In this document: positions 19,075-32,300 of the stretch, in pieces
How positions within the stretch are numbered: the stretch's first letter is position 1
Layout: each line of letters opens with the position of its first letter
Assembly (NCBI GenBank): GCA_900617105.1
Contig: UYFQ01000654.1
Span: 1 to 45,973 of the forward strand
Reading direction: 5' to 3'
Source of the DNA: Hydrurus foetidus
Lineage: Eukaryota
Length of the DNA stretch: 45,973 nt
The notes under the pieces: model-generated
The model's input: only the letters and a program-made list of their open reading frames with translations
Told to the model about the DNA's origin: nothing
Databases searched by the model: none
Position numbers and translations under genes: made by a program

Positions 19075-22000
19075 ATGAATGAACGAAGCATGAACGCATC
19101 GATAGATGTCATCAAGATAATAGCTTTCGAGGCTGAACCCGTCGTAGACAAATTCCACTCATACACTCTCATATTCAGTGTCGATAAAAGCAACATCAGA
19201 TGGAAAGTTACACACCAATTCTCGCGATTCAAAATTCTGAATCTCCTCATTCGGAAACTGGCCCCAAAACTGATTTACAGCAAATTTCCGAAGGATGGCA
19301 CTACGACACTTCTGGGTTTGCGGCTTTCGAAGAAGGCGGTCGATAATAGACGGCTAATGTTGGAAATATGGATCCGTGAAGTCGTAGCAAATTTTGAGAT
19401 ATTACCAGAAGAAATCGCACAAAGCCTCAACGATTTTGTGAAGGCACCGAAAAGGATCACAACCCAACTTGAAAGAGCATTCTCAAGCTCGGCCTTGATT
19501 GATTGTAACGTTATCAGTGCTGTATCACAATCTTTTAGTGGCAGAAAGCATTCAGCAGATGCCCACCACTTACCCTCTAACATGGGCGTAAATGGGAAGG
19601 GAACACAGAAGGATTCAAGGTCATCATCTCTTACCAAATCGAAGAGCAGATCTAGGGTTGAAACCCTTGCGCGATTTATCAACAGTTGCTTCGTAAAAAT
19701 TGTTTTGAGGATATCTAGGAGTTTTGAATCTATAAATGAGTGGGATGGAACATCAACTATATGTCTCTCTCGGACAGATCGTATGATACATCTGAAAAAC
19801 GGCTCTCTGAAATTCACCTTCATGCATGAGATGCATCTGCATTTGATCAACTATATCCAATTCTATCTCGTGGCGACATTTCTGAATCAGACTGTTGGGT
19901 TTTTACTATATTGGTTGTTCGGTCTATCCCTCCCAACGTCTGGTGTTGTATTCGTGACATCATTCATCATGTACATGAGCCTGCTTCATACGGATTACAA
20001 GCGAGTTGATGAGCAGCCAACAGCGCACTATTCTTCATGTGCGAAAGTACAGGATTCACTACGAAAGTTTTTGAATTCTCCCTCTTTAGAATACACAGAC
20101 AAGATTTACACATTCCCTTCATTTCTAGCATATCAGAACAGTGCGTCGGTGAGCAGCAAATCAGACTCATCTAGTGACACATTTTCTTCATCAGATGATC
20201 ATTTGGGTGTGCCCAGTTCGGATGATTCGCCCTTTAGAAACAGCCCTGAAGATTACCGACCATTCGCACAATCCACCTTAAAGGACAATACAGAGAAAAG
20301 GGAGAAGTTGGAATTGCACGAATCTTTAGTTCCAGGGTCTACATTTGACAGTGTGGAGTTCAATGATTTGTGTCCAGAGGCGAGAGCGATGTTTTCCGAT
20401 CGCTCAGAGACGCATTCTATGAAGGTGTATTTTGTATTCTGTATTTCTGTCTATCATCTGTTCAATGAAAATATCTATGAATGCGTTCTATTCGAATGTT
20501 AAGTAAGATGCTCGAAAGTCATCTCCTCAACAACATGGCTTGACACGATATTTCTCGTCAAAAATGAGGACGTATGTCTATTCCCTTAGGGAAATATTAA
20601 GCACGGAATGACCGTCAAACTAATTATGTTGTATCACTTTGACAGCCTTCTTTACTTCCATGAATTTAAAATGTCGAACTAACCACGTACACTTGCTCTC
20701 ATTTCATCCCTCAATTTACACAGGTGAGAGGTGAATCGTATTGCGAAGATCACAAGAAAGTCAATCCCGGTCACGCTATGTCAAGACTTCTTCTGTTGGA
20801 ACTGTACGAAGTGGAGGCAAAGGTGACCGAAAATACTCAGTGATTATTGCCGCTATTTGTATCGATGAGGGAGATGGAGCACTTCTGGAGTGTTCGCTAC
20901 CGTATACTGCACCTAACACACATCACCCACACCCGCACACACGCGCATGCCCACCTCTTATCTGATGGTTGTTACTACATTATTATATCCATTCATGCTC
21001 ATTCCTTCTGCACATTAAACTTAGACTATTATCCCCATATATCCCTCTTTCTTATGCGCTTTAAGGACGGTGATCGCCACGACCACATCGTTTCTCGAGG
21101 CGCTGCTAGAAGACGTCTACAAGCCCTCAGAACGCTGCCTGAGAAACTCTTCTTCGTGTGTGTTAATTTTCAGATTCCTGGTGACCCACCGGTGCGTACG
21201 CACGTTCTAGCGGAATGATCCTTTCAGTGCGTTCTGATCAGAATATTCCTATTAAATGCACTCACATCCACTCAAAGCTCCCGTTCAATCGCAACTAACT
21301 GCCCTATCTTCCTCCTCACCAGGTGAGCATCGTGTCGTACTTCGGTCTACCCATGGATTTGATGGACAGGTATCCTGGACCAGCCACTGCAAAATTCCTG
21401 AAAACATTCGAGAGATTCATCGATATTCCAAGGACAGAGAAAGAGAGACTAGAGGCATGGGGAGTGTTCACGAGTGAGCCTGCAGAGGCGCTTGAAGTTA
21501 GTATCGGAAACACCTCATCAACTGAGGGTGCAAAGGAGCCATCCACTGTGACGAAGAACAGTCCCGCTGCGGCTGCATCTCCACCACCATCTCCAACAAA
21601 TGCTAGACTGCCCCCTCTTGCTCCTCTGGTTCAGCCCCAATTGATTCCTCCCACCCCCACTAAGAAGAGCAGACTAAGTGCCCTTCTGTCCCGCTCTGGT
21701 ACCCGTCATACTACCAGCAACGCCATCACACCGAACACTCGCAGCAACTCTCATCCTGTAACTGCTTCCCCTAGACACTCCCCTGCGAATGTTTTGCGCA
21801 GCGGTTCTACAGAATCCAGGAGTGAGGCTAGGCGCAGAGGACGTAGTTCTTCATTCAATGACGCTGCCATGATAGCAGCGCACGAAGGAGTAAAGGCCAC
21901 GACTGCAGCATCTCCTAAGCACTCAGGATACCTCAGGCCATCCAGTGGTAGTGGTAGACTGACAGGTCGATCCGGTGACGCCTCCTTCTCTCTTGCAAAG

Positions 22001-22779
22001 CAGAGAAGTGGCAGTCCTATGGACTCCTTGAGCTTTGATGTGGCGGATGCGGACATGGAGACGGACAGCAAATCCCCTCTAAGTGACGGTGTTGCTTTTG
22101 AGAATTCCTACCTTGCATCTGAACTACGACTGGACGACACAAAGACCTCCGTCCCTCACACACACGCTCAACCTGTTGTTGCTGCCGCTGCGGTTGCCAG
22201 CACTGGATGGAGGGTACCGAGTGACATCACATGGCCGACTGCTCAAGACAAGGGTGCCCTACCCCCCACTGATTTCCGCAATGAACGCTTCAAGCTCATT
22301 CCCTCCATCACAATCGGTCCCTGGGTTGTCAAGGTTGCAGTTGGTGCGACACCTGCACTGTTGGGACGGAAGGTGGTGCAACGGTACTTTAGAGGGGAGG
22401 ACTATCTAGAGATTGACGTGCACGTGGGTTCGAGTGTTATAGCGTCACAGGTATCAACAATTATGACTTCAAAAAGAACCATCATGTATCGGAACAGCAA
22501 CATTTGGATCGTTTTTTCTTCACCATTTTTTGGACCCTCTTTAGTTTTTTTGTGCGCTTTATCATCACTACACTTCTTTATTTTGTCATGTGTTTTTTTT
22601 AATCGTGCACTCTGCTTTTCATACAGGTCGTTGGACTTTGTCGAGGGTTCGCAAAGAATATCGTGAATGACGTAGGCATTGTAATCCAAGGAGAGCACGA
22701 AGGAGAACTGCCAGAAAAGCTCCTAGCTGTCGGTGCTCTAAACCGTATAAACGTAAATATCAGGCAAAAGCTGGACTGA
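19075..22779 (+). CDS. PX-like domain + TM segment + EDR2 C-terminal (DUF1336) protein; predicted exons 19075-20424, 20724-20822, 21066-21191, 21323-22450, 22627-22779
   Basis: N-terminal PX-like pattern (YTLIF...WKVTHQFSRFKILN...FPK...RRLMLEIWI); DUF1336-type motifs MKVRGESYCEDHKK, VNFQIPG, RNERFKLIP, YFRGEDYLEIDV, QGEHEGELPEKLL; all joins are GT-AG and in frame. Confidence 0.85.
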
Positions 22780-23034
22780 CTGTGTGGCACTTCGAATCAT
22801 TCAGATACTGTACCGTACCGTCTCGTCTCGTCCGTTCATTTTATAAATAAGTATTTTTGTGGTGGTCATTACAATTGAATTGTTTAGTTGGCTTGTACAA
22901 TTGAGGAGATGAATATTTACATCCGCATGTTAAAGTCTCATCTACCGAAACAAATTGATCTCTCTTTGTCCATTTTTAAATATCTGAACTTCAACGATAT
23001 TTTCAGCTACTTTTTATCCGTCCACTAATTGGTA

Positions 23035-23409
23035 TGACGTCAGTTGATGACGTCATTCATAAACCTGACCGATGACGTCATATTGTGCTTTGACTTTTAA
23101 TCTGGAGCACACACCCCCAGCTCTATGAAATTTATACGCACCCCCACCCAGATATAACTTTTTTGGTGAATTTTAGGCGGAAACCCCCCATTTTTTAGGG
23201 AGGGACCTTGGATCCTGGAATTCTAGATGCAAAAAAATGGGGGGTTTCCGCCTAAAATTCACCAAAAAAGTTATATCTGGGTGGGGGTGCGTATAAATTT
23301 CATGAAGCTGGGGTGTGTGCTCCAGATTAAAAGTCAAAGCACAATACATCAAGAGATCTCAGTCATTCCTGAAGTGATGACGTCAGTCATAAGTTAGGCC
23401 CTGACGTCA
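23035..23409. promoter_or_regulatory. Cluster of five TGACGTCA (CRE/bZIP-type) palindromes
   Basis: TGACGTCA at 23035, 23048, 23073, 23378 and 23402; function not shown. Confidence 0.4.
23083..23344. mobile_element. Fold-back MITE (262 bp), ~114-bp TIRs, TA flanks
   Basis: TTGTGCTTTGACTTTTAATCTGGAGCACAC... is mirrored almost perfectly around a ~35-bp spacer; TA at 23081-23082 and 23345-23346. Confidence 0.9.
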
Positions 23410-23797
23410 TCCGCGTCGACACTTCCGAGAGGGGGATCATAATTCATAACAGTCGTCATTTAATGTTTTCTCCCGACTGGATATATCCATTCTTACCATG
23501 ATTCGATCAGCAGACCTTCACTGTGACTTTCACAAATGCGATTTGATCAAGATTGATAGGGTAAGATAATTCGAGTCGTTGAAACTAAGAATCATTAACT
23601 ACAGCTTAATAAGAAATACGTAACCAATATAGCGAGAATCAAACCCCGTTGCCCAGTCTTTTTTGCGACCCAAGCTTTTGACTCAACCTAGCACCCCAAG
23701 CCTAATAGAACCTCCGTATAGCGCTACAGTATACAATGCTGGGTCGCGGAGCTGGATTACCACCATGCGGAACCCATGCTTTGGATGCGAAAGTCGA

Positions 23798-23827
23798 GTA
23801 AAGTAAAGTAAAGTAAAGTAAAGTAAA
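23798..23827 (+). repeat. (GTAAA)6 microsatellite
   Basis: Read directly from the sequence. Confidence 0.9.
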
Positions 23828-24015
23828 AGTTTCGATTACTTGTAAGATTGTCAGAGATAACGGCTATTAAATTCTATCATGTACCATCAATGTTTGGACA
23901 AACGTTGAGGTCAGTGACGATTGACTCCATCATATTGAACAGGCTGAAAACTGAAATGTGGAGAAATCCGAACGTTTGTAAATCGCTCTTCAACTATTTT
24001 CATTCAGGAATATGG

Positions 24016-25590
24016 CTAAATGTTAATGAAAGCTCGGAGTCTCTGATTGTGCCTGCTGTAAATGAGGTACGAGTTATGTAGCACCAAAGCAAACAAAAAC
24101 CAGACAAAAAAAACACCCGTAATCTTTATGTACATAGCTTCATACTCTTGACGCGAGTTAGAAATAGAATTAGAACTGGAAGTAGAAAACGAATCAAGAG
24201 CTGACCAATTCGTTAAAGTCATGGCCAAGAGACAATTCGCAGCTGCAAGTTGTATCTTGAAAAGAACTGAATTGTCATGCCACAACTCATCTGCGGAAAT
24301 GCTACTGCACGGACTACTATCGGGATCGGATGACATCACCAACAGTCTGTGATGGTCTCTCAAGAGAGAGGTGCTCTCCCCTATTTGATCGACACCAGCA
24401 CCTGACGAAGAAGCACCTACGATACTTGCATCGACAGAAGTTCTGTCAAACTGAAGTACGGATATGCTCTTAAATCCGTCATTATACGATTTCCGCTGAG
24501 CTGCAAGATACTCACTTCCTTCTTCAACCACTATAACAGACCTGTCGGACTCATCTTTATGGCTAGCATATGGCGATTGTATCCCAACATTTGAGTCTAA
24601 ATCCAATTCTACATTCGTTTTATCTGTCAGATCTGTGCAACAACATAATGTGCTCAGATTAAAATTGATTCCTGCATTCCTATTGGCTGATCGAGATTTC
24701 AGGAATGATCCTTGTTGGATGGCTTTGTACATTAATAAAACACTAGGCGAACCAGTGACCGCCGCGTACGTCATGCATGCCATCACCGTAAGCAGAAGTA
24801 ACCAGTTCACGATAGCATTTGCTGTGTGTCGATGTATGTCCTCGTTGCTTCCTTCAGTTGACATACTGGTACAAAGTGCGTTCGGGTTGGACAGAAGTGC
24901 ACTGCAACAGAGTATGGTCGCATACGTGGCAATAATTGCTGGAATTAAACCACCTTTGTTATGCTGCTCCCTCAGTGAATAGCAAGTACTCAAGATTGAA
25001 GCCCAAATAGTTATTCCTATGACAACTTTGTTCTCCGAACAGAGACCACAATGCCCTATGAGCATCTCAATTATTGTGACTGTGATCAGAAGCAATATCA
25101 CAGAAAGTACCATATGTAGAGTGTACCATGGCTTTGATGCTGGTAAACCTCGGAAATTGTAAGCGAGCTCTGCACGCTTGATAATATACAAGTGCACCTC
25201 ATGTGCAATATCTATCACAACAAGTCCTTGGATGAGTAACCAGACTAGAGCACTGTATCTCATTATCCCCAAAGTGTAAAGGTTGGATGGCGCATAGACA
25301 AAAAATAGTACAGAGAGTAGGAAAGCAGTAAAGCCAGTCGCTTTCCAATTAATGTTGCCAAAAGTAATCTCAAAAAGACAGGAGAGCAGATAGTAGAGGG
25401 CGATGAACCATGCGGCATTATTCAGCAGCATTGGATCACGGCACCCATTCAACGTCTTCAGATTACAGCCGGCAAAGTGGGCTGATAGAAGCTGAAATGC
25501 TATGGCTGCTGTAACGCTTTGGACTCGGTTTCGGTAACTTTCCCAGCTGCAGAGGGCGTCACTGCGGATGCACAAATAAAAATTTTGCAT
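24016..25590 (-). CDS. Serinc/TDE (serine incorporator) family multi-pass membrane protein, divergent and intronless
   Basis: Many hydrophobic segments and Serinc-like motifs IQGLVVIDIAH, GLIPAIIATY...CSALLSNP..C, LAMTLTNW, MYIKI. Confidence 0.8.
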   Translation of the reverse strand: MQNFYLCIRSDALCSWESYRNRVQSVTAAIAFQLLSAHFAGCNLKTLNGCRDPMLLNNAAWFIALYYLLSCLFEITFGNINWKATGFTAFLLSVLFFVYAPSNLYTLGIMRYSALVWLLIQGLVVIDIAHEVHLYIIKRAELAYNFRGLPASKPWYTLHMVLSVILLLITVTIIEMLIGHCGLCSENKVVIGITIWASILSTCYSLREQHNKGGLIPAIIATYATILCCSALLSNPNALCTSMSTEGSNEDIHRHTANAIVNWLLLLTVMACMTYAAVTGSPSVLLMYKAIQQGSFLKSRSANRNAGINFNLSTLCCCTDLTDKTNVELDLDSNVGIQSPYASHKDESDRSVIVVEEGSEYLAAQRKSYNDGFKSISVLQFDRTSVDASIVGASSSGAGVDQIGESTSLLRDHHRLLVMSSDPDSSPCSSISADELWHDNSVLFKIQLAAANCLLAMTLTNWSALDSFSTSSSNSISNSRQEYEAMYIKITGVFFVWFLFALVLHNSYLIYSRHNQRLRAFINI

Positions 25591-25750
25591 CTCTCCTGGG
25601 TCTCAGGACGCGACCTCGACAAATTTGACGAATCCTTTTCAAATCAGCTCTTTCTACTGCTCTCTGACGTCTTCAGAGAGTTTCTCTGAGAGAGATTTAT
25701 TGACAGACTTTCGTGACTTTTGACGTATATACCTAGGGATGGTGGCTAGC

Positions 25751-26102
25751 TAGGCTCTGACACAACCGACGTTTTCAAACCTCAATCCGCTGTATTTTCC
25801 GACTTTTTTTCCGACTCTCTTATTTACACGGTTATTGGTGTGGATCTTGGATCAAAAATCTGGAATCTGGAATCTGCAGACCTTGGGATTTCTGAGTGAA
25901 AAAAAACTTGCCCCTTTTCCATTTTCATGTTTTTAGTCTTGTTTTGGGTTCCTTATGATAAATGCCTGGGATTGCCATATTTATTAACGAATAAACCCTT
26001 ATATTAGAGGAGTTATAGCCAAAAGGCGGAAGCGATCGGACCGGAAAAAAAGTTGACCGTCATCCGACGCAAAGTCGGGAGAGTCGGTTGTGTCAGAGCC
26101 TA
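25751..26102. mobile_element. Non-autonomous hAT-like element (352 bp)
   Basis: Perfect 20-bp TIR TAGGCTCTGACACAACCGAC; perfect 8-bp TSD TGGCTAGC (25743-25750 and 26103-26110); internal CCGAC/GTCGG subterminal motifs. Confidence 0.9.
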
Positions 26103-26344
26103 TGGCTAGCATCATTTATCGGTTCTAGACGGGCTAGCAGAAAAATTGTAACGTCCGTACACGCAGTGTACGGAAGTTTTAATTTTAGTAATGAGTAGAT
26201 GCCATCAAAGAAAACATGAAATCCGTCTTTTTCTTGTGAGTACCCATCAAGTACGGCATTTCGAGTTTTTTGCTATGTAAATCGATGTGAAATTCAGTGT
26301 TGCTGAATTATGTTGAATTTATTACTGTATATGACATGACTTGA

Positions 26345-29300
26345 CATGACATGAAAATGTTGTGTAGAATATTTTTCACTTGGAAAGTGCATGAAAAATT
26401 ACGATATGTATGTATTATGACATATTATAGAGACGCAGAGGTGAACGACAGTATTGCTGAATTATATCGAATTAATGACATGACATGAAAATGTTGTGTA
26501 GAATATTTTTCACTTGGAAAGTGCATGAAAAATTACGATATGTATGTATTATGACATATTATAGAGACGCAGAGGTGAACGACAGTATTGCTGAATTATA
26601 TCGAATTAATGACATGACATGACATGAAAATGTTGTGTAGAATATTTTTCACTTGGAAAGTGCATGAAAAATTACGATATGTATGTATTATGACATATTA
26701 TAGAGACGCAGAGGTGAACGACAGTATTGCTGAATTATATCGAATTAATGACATGACATGACATGAAAATGTTGTGTAGAATATTTTTCACTTGGAAAGT
26801 GCATGAAAAATTACGATATGTATGTATTATGACATATTATAGAGACGCAGAGGTGAACGACAGTATTGCTGAATTATATCGAATTAATGACATGACATGA
26901 CATGAAAATGTTGTGTAGAATATTTTTCACTTGGAAAGTGCATGAAAAATTACGATATGTATGTATTATGACATATTATAGAGACGCAGAGGTGAACGAC
27001 AGTATTGCTGAATTATATCGAATTAATGACATGACATGACATGAAAATGTTGTGTAGAATATTTTTCACTTGGAAAGTGCATGAAAAATTACGATATGTA
27101 TGTATTATGACATATTATAGAGACGCAGAGGTGAACGACAGTATTGCTGAATTATATCGAATTAATGACATGACATGACATGAAAATGTTGTGTAGAATA
27201 TTTTTCACTTGGAAAGTGCATGAAAAATTACGATATGTATGTATTATGACATATTATAGAGACGCAGAGGTGAACGACAGTATTGCTGAATTATATCGAA
27301 TTAATGACATGACATGACATGAAAATGTTGTGTAGAATATTTTTCACTTGGAAAGTGCATGAAAAATTACGATATGTATGTATTATGACATATTATAGAG
27401 ACGCAGAGGTGAACGACAGTATTGCTGAATTATATCGAATTAATGACATGACATGACATGAAAATGTTGTGTAGAATATTTTTCACTTGGAAAGTGCATG
27501 AAAAATTACGATATGTATGTATTATGACATATTATAGAGACGCAGAGGTGAACGACAGTATTGCTGAATTATATCGAATTAATGACATGACATGACATGA
27601 AAATGTTGTGTAGAATATTTTTCACTTGGAAAGTGCATGAAAAATTACGATATGTATGTATTATGACATATTATAGAGACGCAGAGGTGAACGACAGTAT
27701 TGCTGAATTATATCGAATTAATGACATGACATGACATGAAAATGTTGTGTAGAATATTTTTCACTTGGAAAGTGCATGAAAAATTACGATATGTATGTAT
27801 TATGACATATTATAGAGACGCAGAGGTGAACGACAGTATTGCTGAATTATATCGAATTAATGACATGACATGACATGAAAATGTTGTGTAGAATATTTTT
27901 CACTTGGAAAGTGCATGAAAAATTACGATATGTATGTATTATGACATATTATAGAGACGCAGAGGTGAACGACAGTATTGCTGAATTATATCGAATTAAT
28001 GACATGACATGACATGAAAATGTTGTGTAGAATATTTTTCACTTGGAAAGTGCATGAAAAATTACGATATGTATGTATTATGACATATTATAGAGACGCA
28101 GAGGTGAACGACAGTATTGCTGAATTATATCGAATTAATGACATGACATGACATGAAAATGTTGTGTAGAATATTTTTCACTTGGAAAGTGCATGAAAAA
28201 TTACGATATGTATGTATTATGACATATTATAGAGACGCAGAGGTGAACGACAGTATTGCTGAATTATATCGAATTAATGACATGACATGACATGAAAATG
28301 TTGTGTAGAATATTTTTCACTTGGAAAGTGCATGAAAAATTACGATATGTATGTATTATGACATATTATAGAGACGCAGAGGTGAACGACAGTATTGCTG
28401 AATTATATCGAATTAATGACATGACATGACATGAAAATGTTGTGTAGAATATTTTTCACTTGGAAAGTGCATGAAAAATTACGATATGTATGTATTATGA
28501 CATATTATAGAGACGCAGAGGTGAACGACAGTATTGCTGAATTATATCGAATTAATGACATGACATGACATGAAAATGTTGTGTAGAATATTTTTCACTT
28601 GGAAAGTGCATGAAAAATTACGATATGTATGTATTATGACATATTATAGAGACGCAGAGGTGAACGACAGTATTGCTGAATTATATCGAATTAATGACAT
28701 GACATGACATGAAAATGTTGTGTAGAATATTTTTCACTTGGAAAGTGCATGAAAAATTACGATATGTATGTATTATGACATATTATAGAGACGCAGAGGT
28801 GAACGACAGTATTGCTGAATTATATCGAATTAATGACATGACATGACATGAAAATGTTGTGTAGAATATTTTTCACTTGGAAAGTGCATGAAAAATTACG
28901 ATATGTATGTATTATGACATATTATAGAGACGCAGAGGTGAACGACAGTATTGCTGAATTATATCGAATTAATGACATGACATGACATGAAAATGTTGTG
29001 TAGAATATTTTTCACTTGGAAAGTGCATGAAAAATTACGATATGTATGTATTATGACATATTATAGAGACGCAGAGGTGAACGACAGTATTGCTGAATTA
29101 TATCGAATTAATGACATGACATGACATGAAAATGTTGTGTAGAATATTTTTCACTTGGAAAGTGCATGAAAAATTACGATATGTATGTATTATGACATAT
29201 TATAGAGACGCAGAGGTGAACGACAGTATTGCTGAATTATATCGAATTAATGACATGACATGACATGAAAATGTTGTGTAGAATATTTTTCACTTGGAAA

Positions 29301-32300
29301 GTGCATGAAAAATTACGATATGTATGTATTATGACATATTATAGAGACGCAGAGGTGAACGACAGTATTGCTGAATTATATCGAATTAATGACATGACAT
29401 GACATGAAAATGTTGTGTAGAATATTTTTCACTTGGAAAGTGCATGAAAAATTACGATATGTATGTATTATGACATATTATAGAGACGCAGAGGTGAACG
29501 ACAGTATTGCTGAATTATATCGAATTAATGACATGACATGACATGAAAATGTTGTGTAGAATATTTTTCACTTGGAAAGTGCATGAAAAATTACGATATG
29601 TATGTATTATGACATATTATAGAGACGCAGAGGTGAACGACAGTATTGCTGAATTATATCGAATTAATGACATGACATGACATGAAAATGTTGTGTAGAA
29701 TATTTTTCACTTGGAAAGTGCATGAAAAATTACGATATGTATGTATTATGACATATTATAGAGACGCAGAGGTGAACGACAGTATTGCTGAATTATATCG
29801 AATTAATGACATGACATGACATGAAAATGTTGTGTAGAATATTTTTCACTTGGAAAGTGCATGAAAAATTACGATATGTATGTATTATGACATATTATAG
29901 AGACGCAGAGGTGAACGACAGTATTGCTGAATTATATCGAATTAATGACATGACATGACATGAAAATGTTGTGTAGAATATTTTTCACTTGGAAAGTGCA
30001 TGAAAAATTACGATATGTATGTATTATGACATATTATAGAGACGCAGAGGTGAACGACAGTATTGCTGAATTATATCGAATTAATGACATGACATGACAT
30101 GAAAATGTTGTGTAGAATATTTTTCACTTGGAAAGTGCATGAAAAATTACGATATGTATGTATTATGACATATTATAGAGACGCAGAGGTGAACGACAGT
30201 ATTGCTGAATTATATCGAATTAATGACATGACATGACATGAAAATGTTGTGTAGAATATTTTTCACTTGGAAAGTGCATGAAAAATTACGATATGTATGT
30301 ATTATGACATATTATAGAGACGCAGAGGTGAACGACAGTATTGCTGAATTATATCGAATTAATGACATGACATGACATGAAAATGTTGTGTAGAATATTT
30401 TTCACTTGGAAAGTGCATGAAAAATTACGATATGTATGTATTATGACATATTATAGAGACGCAGAGGTGAACGACAGTATTGCTGAATTATATCGAATTA
30501 ATGACATGACATGACATGAAAATGTTGTGTAGAATATTTTTCACTTGGAAAGTGCATGAAAAATTACGATATGTATGTATTATGACATATTATAGAGACG
30601 CAGAGGTGAACGACAGTATTGCTGAATTATATCGAATTAATGACATGACATGACATGAAAATGTTGTGTAGAATATTTTTCACTTGGAAAGTGCATGAAA
30701 AATTACGATATGTATGTATTATGACATATTATAGAGACGCAGAGGTGAACGACAGTATTGCTGAATTATATCGAATTAATGACATGACATGACATGAAAA
30801 TGTTGTGTAGAATATTTTTCACTTGGAAAGTGCATGAAAAATTACGATATGTATGTATTATGACATATTATAGAGACGCAGAGGTGAACGACAGTATTGC
30901 TGAATTATATCGAATTAATGACATGACATGACATGAAAATGTTGTGTAGAATATTTTTCACTTGGAAAGTGCATGAAAAATTACGATATGTATGTATTAT
31001 GACATATTATAGAGACGCAGAGGTGAACGACAGTATTGCTGAATTATATCGAATTAATGACATGACATGACATGAAAATGTTGTGTAGAATATTTTTCAC
31101 TTGGAAAGTGCATGAAAAATTACGATATGTATGTATTATGACATATTATAGAGACGCAGAGGTGAACGACAGTATTGCTGAATTATATCGAATTAATGAC
31201 ATGACATGACATGAAAATGTTGTGTAGAATATTTTTCACTTGGAAAGTGCATGAAAAATTACGATATGTATGTATTATGACATATTATAGAGACGCAGAG
31301 GTGAACGACAGTATTGCTGAATTATATCGAATTAATGACATGACATGACATGAAAATGTTGTGTAGAATATTTTTCACTTGGAAAGTGCATGAAAAATTA
31401 CGATATGTATGTATTATGACATATTATAGAGACGCAGAGGTGAACGACAGTATTGCTGAATTATATCGAATTAATGACATGACATGACATGAAAATGTTG
31501 TGTAGAATATTTTTCACTTGGAAAGTGCATGAAAAATTACGATATGTATGTATTATGACATATTATAGAGACGCAGAGGTGAACGACAGTATTGCTGAAT
31601 TATATCGAATTAATGACATGACATGACATGAAAATGTTGTGTAGAATATTTTTCACTTGGAAAGTGCATGAAAAATTACGATATGTATGTATTATGACAT
31701 ATTATAGAGACGCAGAGGTGAACGACAGTATTGCTGAATTATATCGAATTAATGACATGACATGACATGAAAATGTTGTGTAGAATATTTTTCACTTGGA
31801 AAGTGCATGAAAAATTACGATATGTATGTATTATGACATATTATAGAGACGCAGAGGTGAACGACAGTATTGCTGAATTATATCGAATTAATGACATGAC
31901 ATGACATGAAAATGTTGTGTAGAATATTTTTCACTTGGAAAGTGCATGAAAAATTACGATATGTATGTATTATGACATATTATAGAGACGCAGAGGTGAA
32001 CGACAGTATTGCTGAATTATATCGAATTAATGACATGACATGACATGAAAATGTTGTGTAGAATATTTTTCACTTGGAAAGTGCATGAAAAATTACGATA
32101 TGTATGTATTATGACATATTATAGAGACGCAGAGGTGAACGACAGTATTGCTGAATTATATCGAATTAATGACATGACATGACATGAAAATGTTGTGTAG
32201 AATATTTTTCACTTGGAAAGTGCATGAAAAATTACGATATGTATGTATTATGACATATTATAGAGACGCAGAGGTGAACGACAGTATTGCTGAATTATAT

